57,418 nt of DNA from assembly GCA_001275005.1 (NCBI GenBank), contig JWZX01002380.1, positions 1 through 57,418 on the forward strand, read 5' to 3'. A program made the position numbers and the translations under genes. Under the pieces are notes generated by a model. The model searched no databases. It was not told the origin of the DNA and saw only the letters and a program-made list of their open reading frames with translations. Of the stretch, positions 43,052 through 53,500 are shown piece by piece. This DNA is from Chrysochromulina tobinii. Taxonomy: Eukaryota. How positions within the stretch are numbered: the stretch's first letter is position 1; each line of letters begins with the position of its first letter.

Positions 43052-44036
43052 ACTCGAGCTATGAACGCATGGTTGGCGACGGACCGTCGCCGCGCCCCAC
43101 GCAGACCCAGCAGCGCAGCAGGCCAAGCATGCTGAATTCAGAATGGTGACTCCGATTAGCGTAGGCTGGTGCACCGGGATCCCAGCGCGAGCGCCCGCCG
43201 TGATAAAACTCTTGGGTAGCTCGCGTGTCCGGCGGTTCAGTACCCCGTGGCGACGGCCCCGCGATTTGTACGCGGTTCAGTACCCCGTGGCGACGGCCCC
43301 GCGGTTTTTCGTACGCCGATTTGGATTTCTCATTTCGTCGTCGCGAGTGGCCGGAGATCCGCCATCCCGCATCCGGCCCGGGTTCCGGGAGTTCCAGTTA
43401 GTGAAAGTTGAGCATGGACGATTGACCGGAGTCGTGCGCGGCGCCGCCGAGACGTTCCGGGAGCGTGTAGTGTTAGGAGTATCGTAGTGGAGTGACGGCC
43501 TAGTTACAGTACGGCGCCCGCAAAGACGCGACGGATTGGGCGACACAACCGCCGACACGAGAAGGCTGCGCCTGCGGACCGTGACTCCACAGGAGGTGCT
43601 CAAGACCGGCCAGAGCACGGCGGCCTCACAGAGCGTGACCCTCTTCCGAACTCTTCGATCCACGGCTCCGATGCATCACGTGTCGGGGGCTCTCACGGGC
43701 GGTGCCGGTGCATGTGCCGGTGGGACACCGAGGTCAGGCACCAAGGCAGCTCTAGGCAGTTCCGCAGACCGGAGCTACAGCCCGAGCTCCGGTATCACCG
43801 GTCACCAAGGATCCCCAGCAACGCTCCGCACCGCCTCCCGCCACGTGGACCTCGAAAGTCCATTCGAATTTGAGAGTCCGGGGGCCCCTAATGAGGGATG
43901 GCATTGCGCCCGCATTTTGAGCGTCCGGGGCTCGTCCGGGAGCCTGTATCTCAGCTCTGGCGCGCTTAGCGCTTTTCGTCGCTCCTCGCATGCAAGCGCC
44001 CACCATGGCGCGCGATCAGCGCATTCCGTCGCTCCG

Positions 44037-46719
44037 CTACTCGCCGCGCGACCCTCGCGGTGTGCCTGAGCTCGTTGAGGAAGGCGACGCTCCGCCTAAC
44101 GCTCCGCCGGCGGCCTCGTCGTCAGGCCAAAGTAGCCATGCGACGAGGATGGTGACGTTGTCCATCGAGCCGCTGTCCATCGCCTTGCGCATGAGCGCGC
44201 GCGCCGCCGCGAGCGCGCTGCCGTGGCCGTCGACGTCCCCTCCGGGGGGAGGGGGATGCACTACGCCGCGCCCTCGCGCCGCGGTGCATGCAATCTGGAC
44301 AGCCTGCGAGTCATCGACCACATCCCACAGCCCATCGCTGGCCATGATGAGGAGCCGATCGTGCGGTGAGAGTTCGTGTGAGAGGACCTCGGGCTCGTGC
44401 GACACGAGGGGCACGCTTGTGCACCTCTTGAGCTCCCGGTTACCTGATGAGAGGGGCAATCAGACGTCATCAGAGCGAGGAGGGAGGCAATCAGACGTCA
44501 TCACGGTGGCCCTCTTGAGCTCCCGGTCACCGAAGGCGCGGCTGATGGCAAGCATGGTCGACGTGCAATCAAGGGCGTCATCAGAGGTCATCAGAGGTCA
44601 TCACCGAAGGCGCGGCTGATGGCAAGCATGGTCGACGTGCCCGGTGGACCGGTGACCCGCCAGCAGCCGTTAATCGAGCGAACAAAGCCGCCCGACGCGC
44701 GCACGCGCTCCGCCTCCTTGGGCAGGTCTGGCTTATGGTCGACGCTCAGCCGATGCGCTTCAAGCTCACGCTCACGCATCGAGCGGCCCGAGTTGCCGCT
44801 GAAGCGCGCGTGCGGCGCCGCCGGTTTGCGTCCGAGCACCGCGCGCGTGTCGCCGCAGTTGGCGACATCGAGGGTCGTCCCGCGCAGCAGGGCGCAGAGC
44901 ACGGTCGTGCCGTCCGTGAGCACCTTGCGTGTCGCGAGCTCGAGGAAGTCGGTGTCGACCTGTTTAACGCAGATGCACTCAGAAGCACTCAGAAGCACTC
45001 AGAAGCACTCGGATGCACTCAGAAGCACGCAGATGCACTCGGATGCACTCAGAAGCACGCAGATGCACTCGGATGCACTCAGATGCACTCAGGGCTCATC
45101 AGAGGGTCCTGCTCGACCTGTTTGAACGCCAACGTGAAGGCGCGAGAGACCGCCTCCGCCGGCACGGCCGCAAGGTCCAAAGTGGGTGGCGCTGTGGTGG
45201 GCACGGCCGCAAGGTCCAAAGTGGGTGGCGCTGTGGTGGGCGCGGGGCCCTCCGACGTGTCTGGAGGCGGCGGGAGCGCGGCAGGCGGCAGAGCGGCAGG
45301 CGGCGGGAGCGCGGCAGGCGGCGGAGCGGCAGGCGGCGGCGGAGCGGCAGGCGGCGACGCGACATGTGGCGCTGTGGTGGGCGCCAGAGAGCGGTATGTG
45401 AGCGCGGGCGCGTCGTCATCCAGCGAGCCCCGAAGCTCAGCGACCACTGCGGCTTCGGCCGCTGCCTCCGCCGTCGCCTCCGCCGCCGCCGCCTCATGCG
45501 TCAGCATGCATGTGCTCAAAACGGCGCCTCGACCACGGCGCGCATCGAAAGCGTCATCCAGCCATGCCGGAGCGTCGTGGTGAGCGTCATGGTCGAAGGC
45601 AGTGATCTCGTCCGCCTCGGGTGCAGCGCCAGGGCCTGCTGCGGCTCCTGCTGCGGCTCCTGCTGCTGCTGCGGCTCCTGCTGCGGCTGCGGCTGCGGCT
45701 GCGGCTGCGGCTGCGGCTCCTGCTGCGGCTGCTGCGGCGGCGGCGGCGGCGGCTTCTGCTGGTGGTGGTTCCGCTGCTGCTGCTTCTGTTGGCGCCGCCG
45801 CCGCTGCTGGCGCCGTTGCCGCCGCTGCCTGCTGCTGCTGCCGCTTCTTGCGCTCGCCTTTGCGCTCTTTCCACGCCTGCCAGGCGCCCTCGCCGTCAGT
45901 CGACTCGGGCTCCGTCTCGGTCACGTCATCCTCTGCCTCGACGGCACCACTGCCGCGCCGAGCCGCACTCGCACGGCGCGCATCGAAAGCGCCCTCCAGC
46001 CATGCCGGAGCGCGGCCACTCGCGGCCAAACCCGAAGGCTCACTCTCCATTTGAGACGGCGGCGCCGACGATCGCGGCGCCGACGACCGCGGCTCGCCCT
46101 GGGTGCGGCTCCACCAGCAACCAGGGCGCGTAGCAACCAGGTGCTGCTGGTGGAGCAGCTCGGCGGCAAGTGCAGCCACCAGGCGCCGCGGCAGCTGTGC
46201 CTTCGCGAAGTCGCAGCAGTTGATGCCGCCGTGCCCGTCGAGCACGCTCAGGTACGAGGCACCCTCAAGGCCAGCGTGCAGCTCGCCCAGGTTGGCGACG
46301 ACATCGTGCCGGTCCTCCATGTACGGCCGCCTGCCTTGAGCTTCGACGACAGCCCACGCGAGGCGCGGGCCCGCCGAAGCGTCGGCGGCGGCGCCAGGCG
46401 TGGAGGGCAGTGGTCCAGCAGCAGCTGCAGCGGCGGCGGGCGCGGAGGCCTGGGGCTCGCTCGAGGGAGCGGGTGCGTCACCCGACGGGGAGCAGCGCAG
46501 AAGCTTACGCGCACGCATCTGGCTGGAGCTCCCCGCCGGCGTGGGGCCGGCATGATCGAATCGAGCCGCTGTCACGTCAGCCAGTGAACGTGCGGGCTGC
46601 TCAGCGCCAGTCTCCTCAAGCTCCTCGGCAAAGGAGAGCAACAAGCCGGCTTTGCGCGCCTTGAGCTTGGGCCTGGTGACAGCTGGTGCCGTTGTGGCGC
46701 CAGCCATGCTCGCTTCCAT
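44037..46719 (-). CDS. PP2C/PPM-family Ser/Thr phosphatase with a large low-complexity insertion (about 787 aa)
   Basis: QGRRPYMED, DGHGG, GTT, VANCGDTRAVL, LSVDHKP, LAISRAFG, IMASDGLWDV, GSMDNVTI; exons 46719-45118, 44959-44605, 44443-44037. Confidence 0.92.
44444..44604 (-). other. 161-nt array intron containing a 56-nt copy of its spliced junction
   Basis: 44511-44566 joins the upstream exon end to the downstream exon start. Confidence 0.85.
44960..45117 (-). other. 158-nt (CTGAGTGCAT/CTGAGTGCTT)n intron with flanking duplication
   Basis: GCGTTCAAACAG|GTCGA ... GCGTTAAACAG|GTCGA. Confidence 0.85.
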
Positions 46720-46905
46720 GAGCTCGGCGGGTGCGAGACAGCGGACGGTCAGGGGGTAGGCTACCTTCCATCAGTCGCGCGTGTTCTACTTTCGCGGCGA
46801 GAAAAAATCTCCGAATTTTTCGGCTACGATGTGGAGCGCAGAGGGTACCCCTGTTTACAGATAAAACTTCGCAGTTCTTTCACACGGGCCGCCTCACGGC
46901 CCGAC

Positions 46906-48330
46906 ATGGAGCGAGGCTCGACGAATCGATTGACGCCGCTCCTACCATCCGAGGACGCGACGGCTGCGCATCCAGCCCTCGTGCGCGTGTTCCTCACTGT
47001 CACTGTGGTCTCGCTGGGCAGCTCCTTCCAGTTCGGCTTCGGCCAGGGCATCGTCAACAACCTCTACCTGATCTTGCCACTGGACCTCGAGAAACGAGGA
47101 GGGCACGGGTTGTCGCTGTTCGCGTGGTCGCTCGTCGTGAGCGGCTTCGCCGTCGGCGGGCTCTTCGGGTCCCTCCTCGCCACGCTATACGCGTCGTCGT
47201 ACGGACGCAGGACCGTGCTGCATGCGACCAACGTGGTGGTCGTGGCCTCCTCAGCACTGTTCATGCTCGGCACCAAGTGGCAGACGGTATTCACGGCCCG
47301 CGTGCTCTGCGGCGTGGTGTCAGGCGTGGTCACCGCCGTCGTGCCGCGCTACTTCGCCGAGATCGCGCCCGCCCGCGTGCGCGGCGCCGTCGGCCTCGCG
47401 CACCAGCTCGGCGTCTCTGCAGGCCTCGTCGCGTCGCTAGCGCTCACGACCCCGTCGCTGGGGCTGCTCGGCTCGAATGAACTGTGGCGCTACGTCTTCC
47501 TCGTGCCCATGGCACTCGCGCTCATAGAGTCCGCCGTGCTCCCCTTGTGCCCCGAGTCGCCCGCGTACCTGTGCAGGCATGCAGGGACGGCCACGGCGGC
47601 GGAGGCACTCTCCGAGCTGCACCCAAGTGCCGATGCGGCGCGCGAGCTGCAGCAGATGCGGCACGCGGAGCGCCGAGGGCCGAGCGACGCCAGCCGGTAC
47701 AGCGTCGCCGAGCTGCTGCGCGCGCCACAGCTGCGGAAGCAGCTGCTCGTGAGCCTCGTCCTCCAACTCTCGATGCAGCTCTGCGGCATCGACGCGCTCC
47801 TCTATTATTCTACCTTGGTGCTGAGTGAGGCCGGGCTGACGGACGCGCCGCTCGCCTCAACGTGCCTCGGCGCGGCCAACATTGTGACCTCAGTGCTCGC
47901 CGTCAGCGTCGTGGACAAGGCCGGCCGACGCACGCTCTTCCTCAGCTCATTGTCGGCGCTGTGCGTCAGCTATGCCCTGCTCGCCTATGGACTGCTGCAA
48001 GGACTGACGGCGCTCACGCTCGTCGCGATGCTCGGCGTGCTCGGCGCCTTCGCGATCGGCCCTGGCTGCGTCGCGTGGTTCATCATCGCCGACATCTTCC
48101 CACCGTACGCGCGCGACGCTGCCATGACCCTCGGTGTGAGTCTCACGTGGTTAGCCAATGCCCTCCTCGCCATCGCCTTCCCCGCCGTCTACGAAGCGCT
48201 CGGCGAGTACACGTTCCTCCTCTTCGCACTCGCAGCCGCGGCCTCTGGTGCCTTCACGTGGCGCTTCGTGCCCGAGACCAGGGGGAAGACGTCGGCGCAG
48301 ATCGCGCACGCCTTCGAGATGCTCGAGTGA
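46906..48330 (+). CDS. MFS sugar porter (GLUT-like hexose transporter)
   Basis: GSSFQFGF, YGRR, EIAPARVRG, PESP, QLCGIDA, VDKAGRR, GPGCVAW, PETRG. Confidence 0.93.
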   Translation: MERGSTNRLTPLLPSEDATAAHPALVRVFLTVTVVSLGSSFQFGFGQGIVNNLYLILPLDLEKRGGHGLSLFAWSLVVSGFAVGGLFGSLLATLYASSYGRRTVLHATNVVVVASSALFMLGTKWQTVFTARVLCGVVSGVVTAVVPRYFAEIAPARVRGAVGLAHQLGVSAGLVASLALTTPSLGLLGSNELWRYVFLVPMALALIESAVLPLCPESPAYLCRHAGTATAAEALSELHPSADAARELQQMRHAERRGPSDASRYSVAELLRAPQLRKQLLVSLVLQLSMQLCGIDALLYYSTLVLSEAGLTDAPLASTCLGAANIVTSVLAVSVVDKAGRRTLFLSSLSALCVSYALLAYGLLQGLTALTLVAMLGVLGAFAIGPGCVAWFIIADIFPPYARDAAMTLGVSLTWLANALLAIAFPAVYEALGEYTFLLFALAAAASGAFTWRFVPETRGKTSAQIAHAFEMLE

Positions 48331-48447
48331 AACTACTTTCTTAGAGGTACAAATGTTATGCAACAGATTCATGTAACAGCGAATCAGACGTCCTGCACTG
48401 GAGACCTTTCATATGTGACCAAGACAGCGCTCAAACTTTTGCCGCGA

Positions 48448-49710
48448 ATGCCGATGAGGAGGGCCGCTTTCGTACTGCTCGCGCCGCCAATCGCGGCATG
48501 CGTTGCGTACCTGCTGTACCTCAAGTACTTGAAGCGGGTGAACGCGGACGCGAGTGCCGCGGCGGCGGCAGCGGAAGCGGCTGACGCCGCCGCGGCAGCG
48601 CGTACTGCCCGCCATGCAGCTCGGGCGGCGCAAGTAGCAGAAATGGTCCGCCGCGAAAAGATTGCGGCCGCTGTGAAGGCGGCCGTAGACTCTGACGAGG
48701 AGGAGGACGAGCACGATGAGAAGAATGATGCGGTTTGGACGAAAGTGGAGGGCGTGCTCGCGGAGTACGGGCTCACTCCGCTCGGCATGGCCGCGGCCAA
48801 AAAGTGGGTGCGCCTGATGGGCGACCCGAAGAATGAGGAGCTCGCGCGGATTCGGCAATGGCTGCTGATGCGCGTCAACGGACGCACGCGCGCACCGCCG
48901 CCAACGACGTGGCAAGCAGGTTGCCCCGAGATCTTTGCGGGGCTGCGTGCGAAGCCCGTCTGGGACCGCGCCGACTGTCCGTGGGTGAAGCCATTTGAGG
49001 AGAATTTTGCGGCGATCCGCGACGAGCTGTGTGCACTCCGAGCACAGCGGGGCTTCCAGCCACTCAAACTGCCCTCCTGGACGTCAAAGAAGAACACCCT
49101 GCCGTCGCCCGACGGCTCGGGCAGCGTCTCGCACGATTCTGGCAATTGGAACGTCTTCTACCTTTACTTGCATGAGGTGCAATTCCCGGAGAATATCTCG
49201 CGATGCCCGGTGACGGTTGGGCTGCTCAAGGCGCTCGGCGCGCGCTCGTACACGCACGCCTTCTTCTCTGCGCTCACGCCTGGCACGCACATCCTGCAGC
49301 ATCACGGCCCTACCAACAAGAAGCTGCGTATCCATTTGCCTCTCGTCGGCGCAGCAGGCTCGGAGCTTCGAGTGGCCGACCACATCCTGCGGGGCAAGGA
49401 GGGCGAGTGCTTGATCTTCGACGACTCGTTTGAGCACGAGGCGTGGCACAAGGGCGACGGCACGCGCATAGTGCTCGTCTTCGACGTTTGGCACCCAGAC
49501 CTCACTGATAAGGAAGTTCAGTTCCTTTCCTTCCTCCAGCGCGCACGGATGCGTGCCGAGATGGCGACGGAGAAGGCGTTGAGGGAGGCGCGCACGCAGA
49601 AGGCCATCGATGCGGGGGGCGTCGCGCCGCCCGAGGATGCGGGCGACAACTTCTACCTGCTGCTGCAGGAGGCCAGGGACCTTCTTCCCGACAATAGCTG
49701 GTGGACGTAG
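48448..49710 (+). CDS. Aspartyl/asparaginyl beta-hydroxylase-domain (2OG-Fe(II)) protein with an N-terminal membrane anchor
   Basis: FSALTPGTHILQHHGPTN..LRIHLPL..FDDSFEHEAWH..RIVLVFDVWHPDL. Confidence 0.9.
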   Translation: MPMRRAAFVLLAPPIAACVAYLLYLKYLKRVNADASAAAAAAEAADAAAAARTARHAARAAQVAEMVRREKIAAAVKAAVDSDEEEDEHDEKNDAVWTKVEGVLAEYGLTPLGMAAAKKWVRLMGDPKNEELARIRQWLLMRVNGRTRAPPPTTWQAGCPEIFAGLRAKPVWDRADCPWVKPFEENFAAIRDELCALRAQRGFQPLKLPSWTSKKNTLPSPDGSGSVSHDSGNWNVFYLYLHEVQFPENISRCPVTVGLLKALGARSYTHAFFSALTPGTHILQHHGPTNKKLRIHLPLVGAAGSELRVADHILRGKEGECLIFDDSFEHEAWHKGDGTRIVLVFDVWHPDLTDKEVQFLSFLQRARMRAEMATEKALREARTQKAIDAGGVAPPEDAGDNFYLLLQEARDLLPDNSWWT

Positions 49711-50567
49711 GACGTTGGGGCATGGATTGGGATGAGGATGGCGGGACCGTCCCCTCCCCCCGTCCCCACACTCTGACTCTCACTCGATGCTGTCCGTGAA
49801 TCAGCCAACCACACCTCTAACCAGACTCAGGGAGATGTTGGCTGCATTGTGGTGTGTGGGGTGGATGTTCGGTTTGAAGCCGAGCATGTAGAGCTAGAGG
49901 TGGAGGAGAACCCGTGTTGCATTAAGTCGTTGCACAGATTGGAATTTGGAGATCGTTCTGCCCGTGTGCGTTAACGTGTGTATAATTAGAATTGTTTCTT
50001 CGTTGCACTTGCCAGCTTGCAAGAGGTTGAGCATGACGTGTTCGGCGGAGTTGTGCACCAATGCGAAATGGCTCGCCCGCAGGGCACATCTACGTTAAAT
50101 CTACGTTTATGCACGCTCTCACTCGCCCGCACCCAAGGCCCGCGCACCAGGTGGTTCGGGCGCCGGGGCACGAGCCGGGCTTAGGTGTCAACTACGCAAG
50201 GCCAAGGGGGCGAGGCGTCAATGGTATGCGCGAATAGCGAATAACGCGCGAAGTGCGGCTAACAAAAGTGCGGCGCGCCCTGCTTCGTATGGCCAATTGC
50301 GTCATAATTATGTTGCGTATGGCGGCCACCTCACGGGTCACGGCTGAGAGCTGAGTCCCACGTCATGATCGAACGTCATGATGAAGTAAGAGTAACCTAC
50401 TGCACCGTGACATATTTCCAGATTCCAACAACCCATATCGCGGTTTATTATCTGACTGTGAAACTACAGCAAGACCGCAAGTTTTGATTCTTTTGTAAAC
50501 TGTAACAGACACCAGCAACACGGCACGCTCTCTGTTGCGCCCTGGTGGCAAAAGTGGCTGGCAAAAA

Positions 50568-53500
50568 ATGTTGCCGAAGCTCACGTCACCCCGGCCTTCG
50601 GCGGTCGGCACAGGCGATGGCGAGCAACCCGTCCTCGCCGAGTGGAAGGCTGCAGTCAACGAGGAGGCCGCGATGCGCAAACGCATTGCCAAGCTGCAGC
50701 GGGAGCTGCAGCGCAAGAAGCAGCAGCAGTCGGCCTCGGAGCTGCAGCGCCAGCGAGACACCACGGCCTCTATTTTGCGCGAAGAGCTCAACGAAGCGCG
50801 CGGTTCCAGAATGATGCACCTTATTGCTGACGTGCTGCCAGCTTCAGAGGACGAGCTCAATCAGCTCTCGAAGCTCATCAACACAAAGTGCTTGCCCTCG
50901 GGGCCCGGCGGTAAGAACGTCTCCTGGTACGCATGCTTCAAGAACCTCGACACGGATCATTCGGGTTCGATCAACTTCAAAGAGTACGTAGCTCTCATCC
51001 GGACGAGCAGGGGCCTCAACATCCCTCCTGAGACGCTGAGCGACATGAAGCTCAAGAGCATCTGGAAGGCGGTGGACGAGGACAACAGTGGGCTCATCTC
51101 GGTGGGAGAGTTTGGACACTTCATGCGCCGTGGCGAGTCAGCCGCCGCTGAGACGGCGCATGAGCGCCTGGTCGCTGCACGGCTGGAGGTGCAGCGACGG
51201 CAGCATGTCGAGAACAAAGTGCGGCGTGACGCGTCGGGCCGCGACATCAGTGCGCTGCTGGATGCCTCGGAGCCGGCCACGGAGGAAGAGCTGCAGGAGC
51301 ACTCGCACCTCTTCAACCGGTACCTGTTCCATAACCTCGGTGAGACCAACGGCGGAGCTTGGTATAAGGTGTTCAAGGCCGTCGACACAAACCTATCCGG
51401 CCTCATTTCCTTCAGCGAGTATGAGGTCGCCGTGCGTGATCCTGTGATCGGCTGCGGCTGCACAGTGAACGAGGTGAGCGACGCCAAGCTTCGGAGGCTG
51501 TGGAAGGCGCTCGACGCAAACGGCAACGGCACCATTGACGCGGGTGAGTGGGGGCGGTTCATGAAGCGCGGCCAGCCCGCCGAAGGATCTTCACCCCGTG
51601 CGAGAATCCTTGCACGCAAGCTCGAGAAGCAGCAGGAGAAGCTTGAGGAACTGCGGCAGGCAAGTGACCTCCGTTATCGGCATCTCGCAGCGCCTGTTGA
51701 TTTTGAGGGTATCCAGCCAGCGAGTGCCGCGGACCTGGGCGCGATGTCGCGCCAATTCACTGAGAGGCTTGCACATCTCTATCGAAACTCGACGCCGGCC
51801 ACGGAGTGGTATCGGCTCTTCAAACTTGAAGCGGAGCAGCACCTTCACCATGTTGGCGGCACAAAGGTCCCCACGGCACAGGCAACGTGTCTCCGCATTG
51901 GCTTCGAGGAATTGTGCCGGATCGTACGTATCGGGATGCAGTTCGACAGGGATCAGTTGAGCGACAAGAAGATCAAGCGTCTGTGGAAGGCGCTCGATGA
52001 ACCCGGTGCAGGCTTTGTGGAGGTGGGAATCTTCGGGCGATTCATGCGCTTCGGGATCGGCCCCGGCATGATGCCAGAGGGCAACACCTCCGAGCTGGAT
52101 GCCACGCGCAAAACATCTCGAACCCATCAACAACGAGTTGCAGAGGTGCGCGAGGCGAAGCTCGCCGCTGTTCTAAAGGAGTCGACAGAGCGGCTCAAGG
52201 CTTCAGCTCTCCAAGCCCAAGATTCTGCAGCCGCGGCGGCGCTCGAGATGAAGCGGCTTGAGGAGGAGCTTGCCTCGGTTGCCGCCGTAGAACTGTACAG
52301 CCGCAACGAGGCGCAACTCTCGGGTCGCCTTCATGAAGAGCTCATCGACTTCGGGTATGCGCTCTCGCAAACGGACCTCGACGAGCTGCGGCGCTTGGCG
52401 GCGGAGGAGCGTGCCGTTGAAACGCGCCTGAATCGGGCGGTCAAGGGGCGACGGGGCCGCCCGGTCAAGGGTGAACGCGTGAAGATGAACTTGAAACTGA
52501 AGAAGCCGGATGAAGCTGATCCGGTCCAAGACAGCAACCTGTCGAGCTCGACAGGTAAAACCCCAGCGCCCGATGCAGAGCCTGTGGGCATATCAGCCAC
52601 GGCGCCACGAGAGCAAAGTCATGTGACATCAGCGTCACCGTCTATGAGCCCGCGTCCGCCGTCCTCGCCGCGGAATCCGGCCGCTAGGCGCCCCTCAGAG
52701 AGAAGCCCTCAGAGAGGACTCGATCCACACGGCGTGAAGGTTCCGCTCAGCCCGAGCACGTCGCCGAAGCGCATCCAGGGAGTAGCACCTGAAGAGGTGC
52801 TTGAAGAGGCAGCAGGATCCATAGTGGCGCCGGCACCGGGTGAGGCTGCAGTACTTCTGACAACAATGCCGCTGCCGCCGATGTCGCCAGCGCTTGATGA
52901 GGTGCCAGAGGAGGCCACGTCTGCGCCAGCTCATATTGTCGAAGACGAGGCGCAGGAGGTGGCCGACGAGGATGCTTCGTCAGAAGCCTCCAGCAAGAAG
53001 CTCTCCGCCACGCCGCTCAGGCTCGACGGCGACGGCACCATCCCCTCGCAGATGCGCCGTGCACTGCAAACAAGCTTGTCTCGCGTCATCGACCTGTTTC
53101 GCCAGTTTGACGACGATGCGAGCGGGTACATAGATGGGCCCGAGTTCGTCAAGGCGCTGGCCGAGCTCGGCTTCGATCCCGACGAGCCGTCAGTCAGCGC
53201 GCTCTTCGCCTCCTTTGACCTGGACGACAGCGGCACGATCGAGTACGAGGAGCTGCACAATCTCCTCGTGCGCTCGGTGCAGCACAAGCCGGAGCTGGAG
53301 CCACTGGAACTCAAGGCGGCTAATCGCATCGCGCTGCGCAAGAAGCGCATGAGCAAGGTCGACGCCAACCTGTTCAGCGGGCTCGAGCTCGGCAGCCTTG
53401 ACGCCGACGCGATCCCGGGCGCCATTCGGAAGGCGCTCGACGAGAGGATGGTGCGCGTGATCGACCTGTTCCGTCAGTTTGACGACGACTCGTCGGGGCT

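Noticed and set aside
43232..43303. 32-bp direct repeat (period 40) in intergenic DNA
   Set aside because: It has only two copies, no array filler and no supportable function.
5506..45117. Classic Introner/MITE transposon or telomeric-repeat explanation for the introns
   Set aside because: There are no terminal inverted repeats, no fixed duplication length, no constant body and no TTAGGG-type repeats, and no transposase or reverse transcriptase lies in the window. An autonomous partner elsewhere is not excluded.
49720..50530. Lower-GC intergenic region checked for tRNA or ncRNA
   Set aside because: No cloverleaf or recognisable RNA family was visible by eye; a covariance-model search would be needed.
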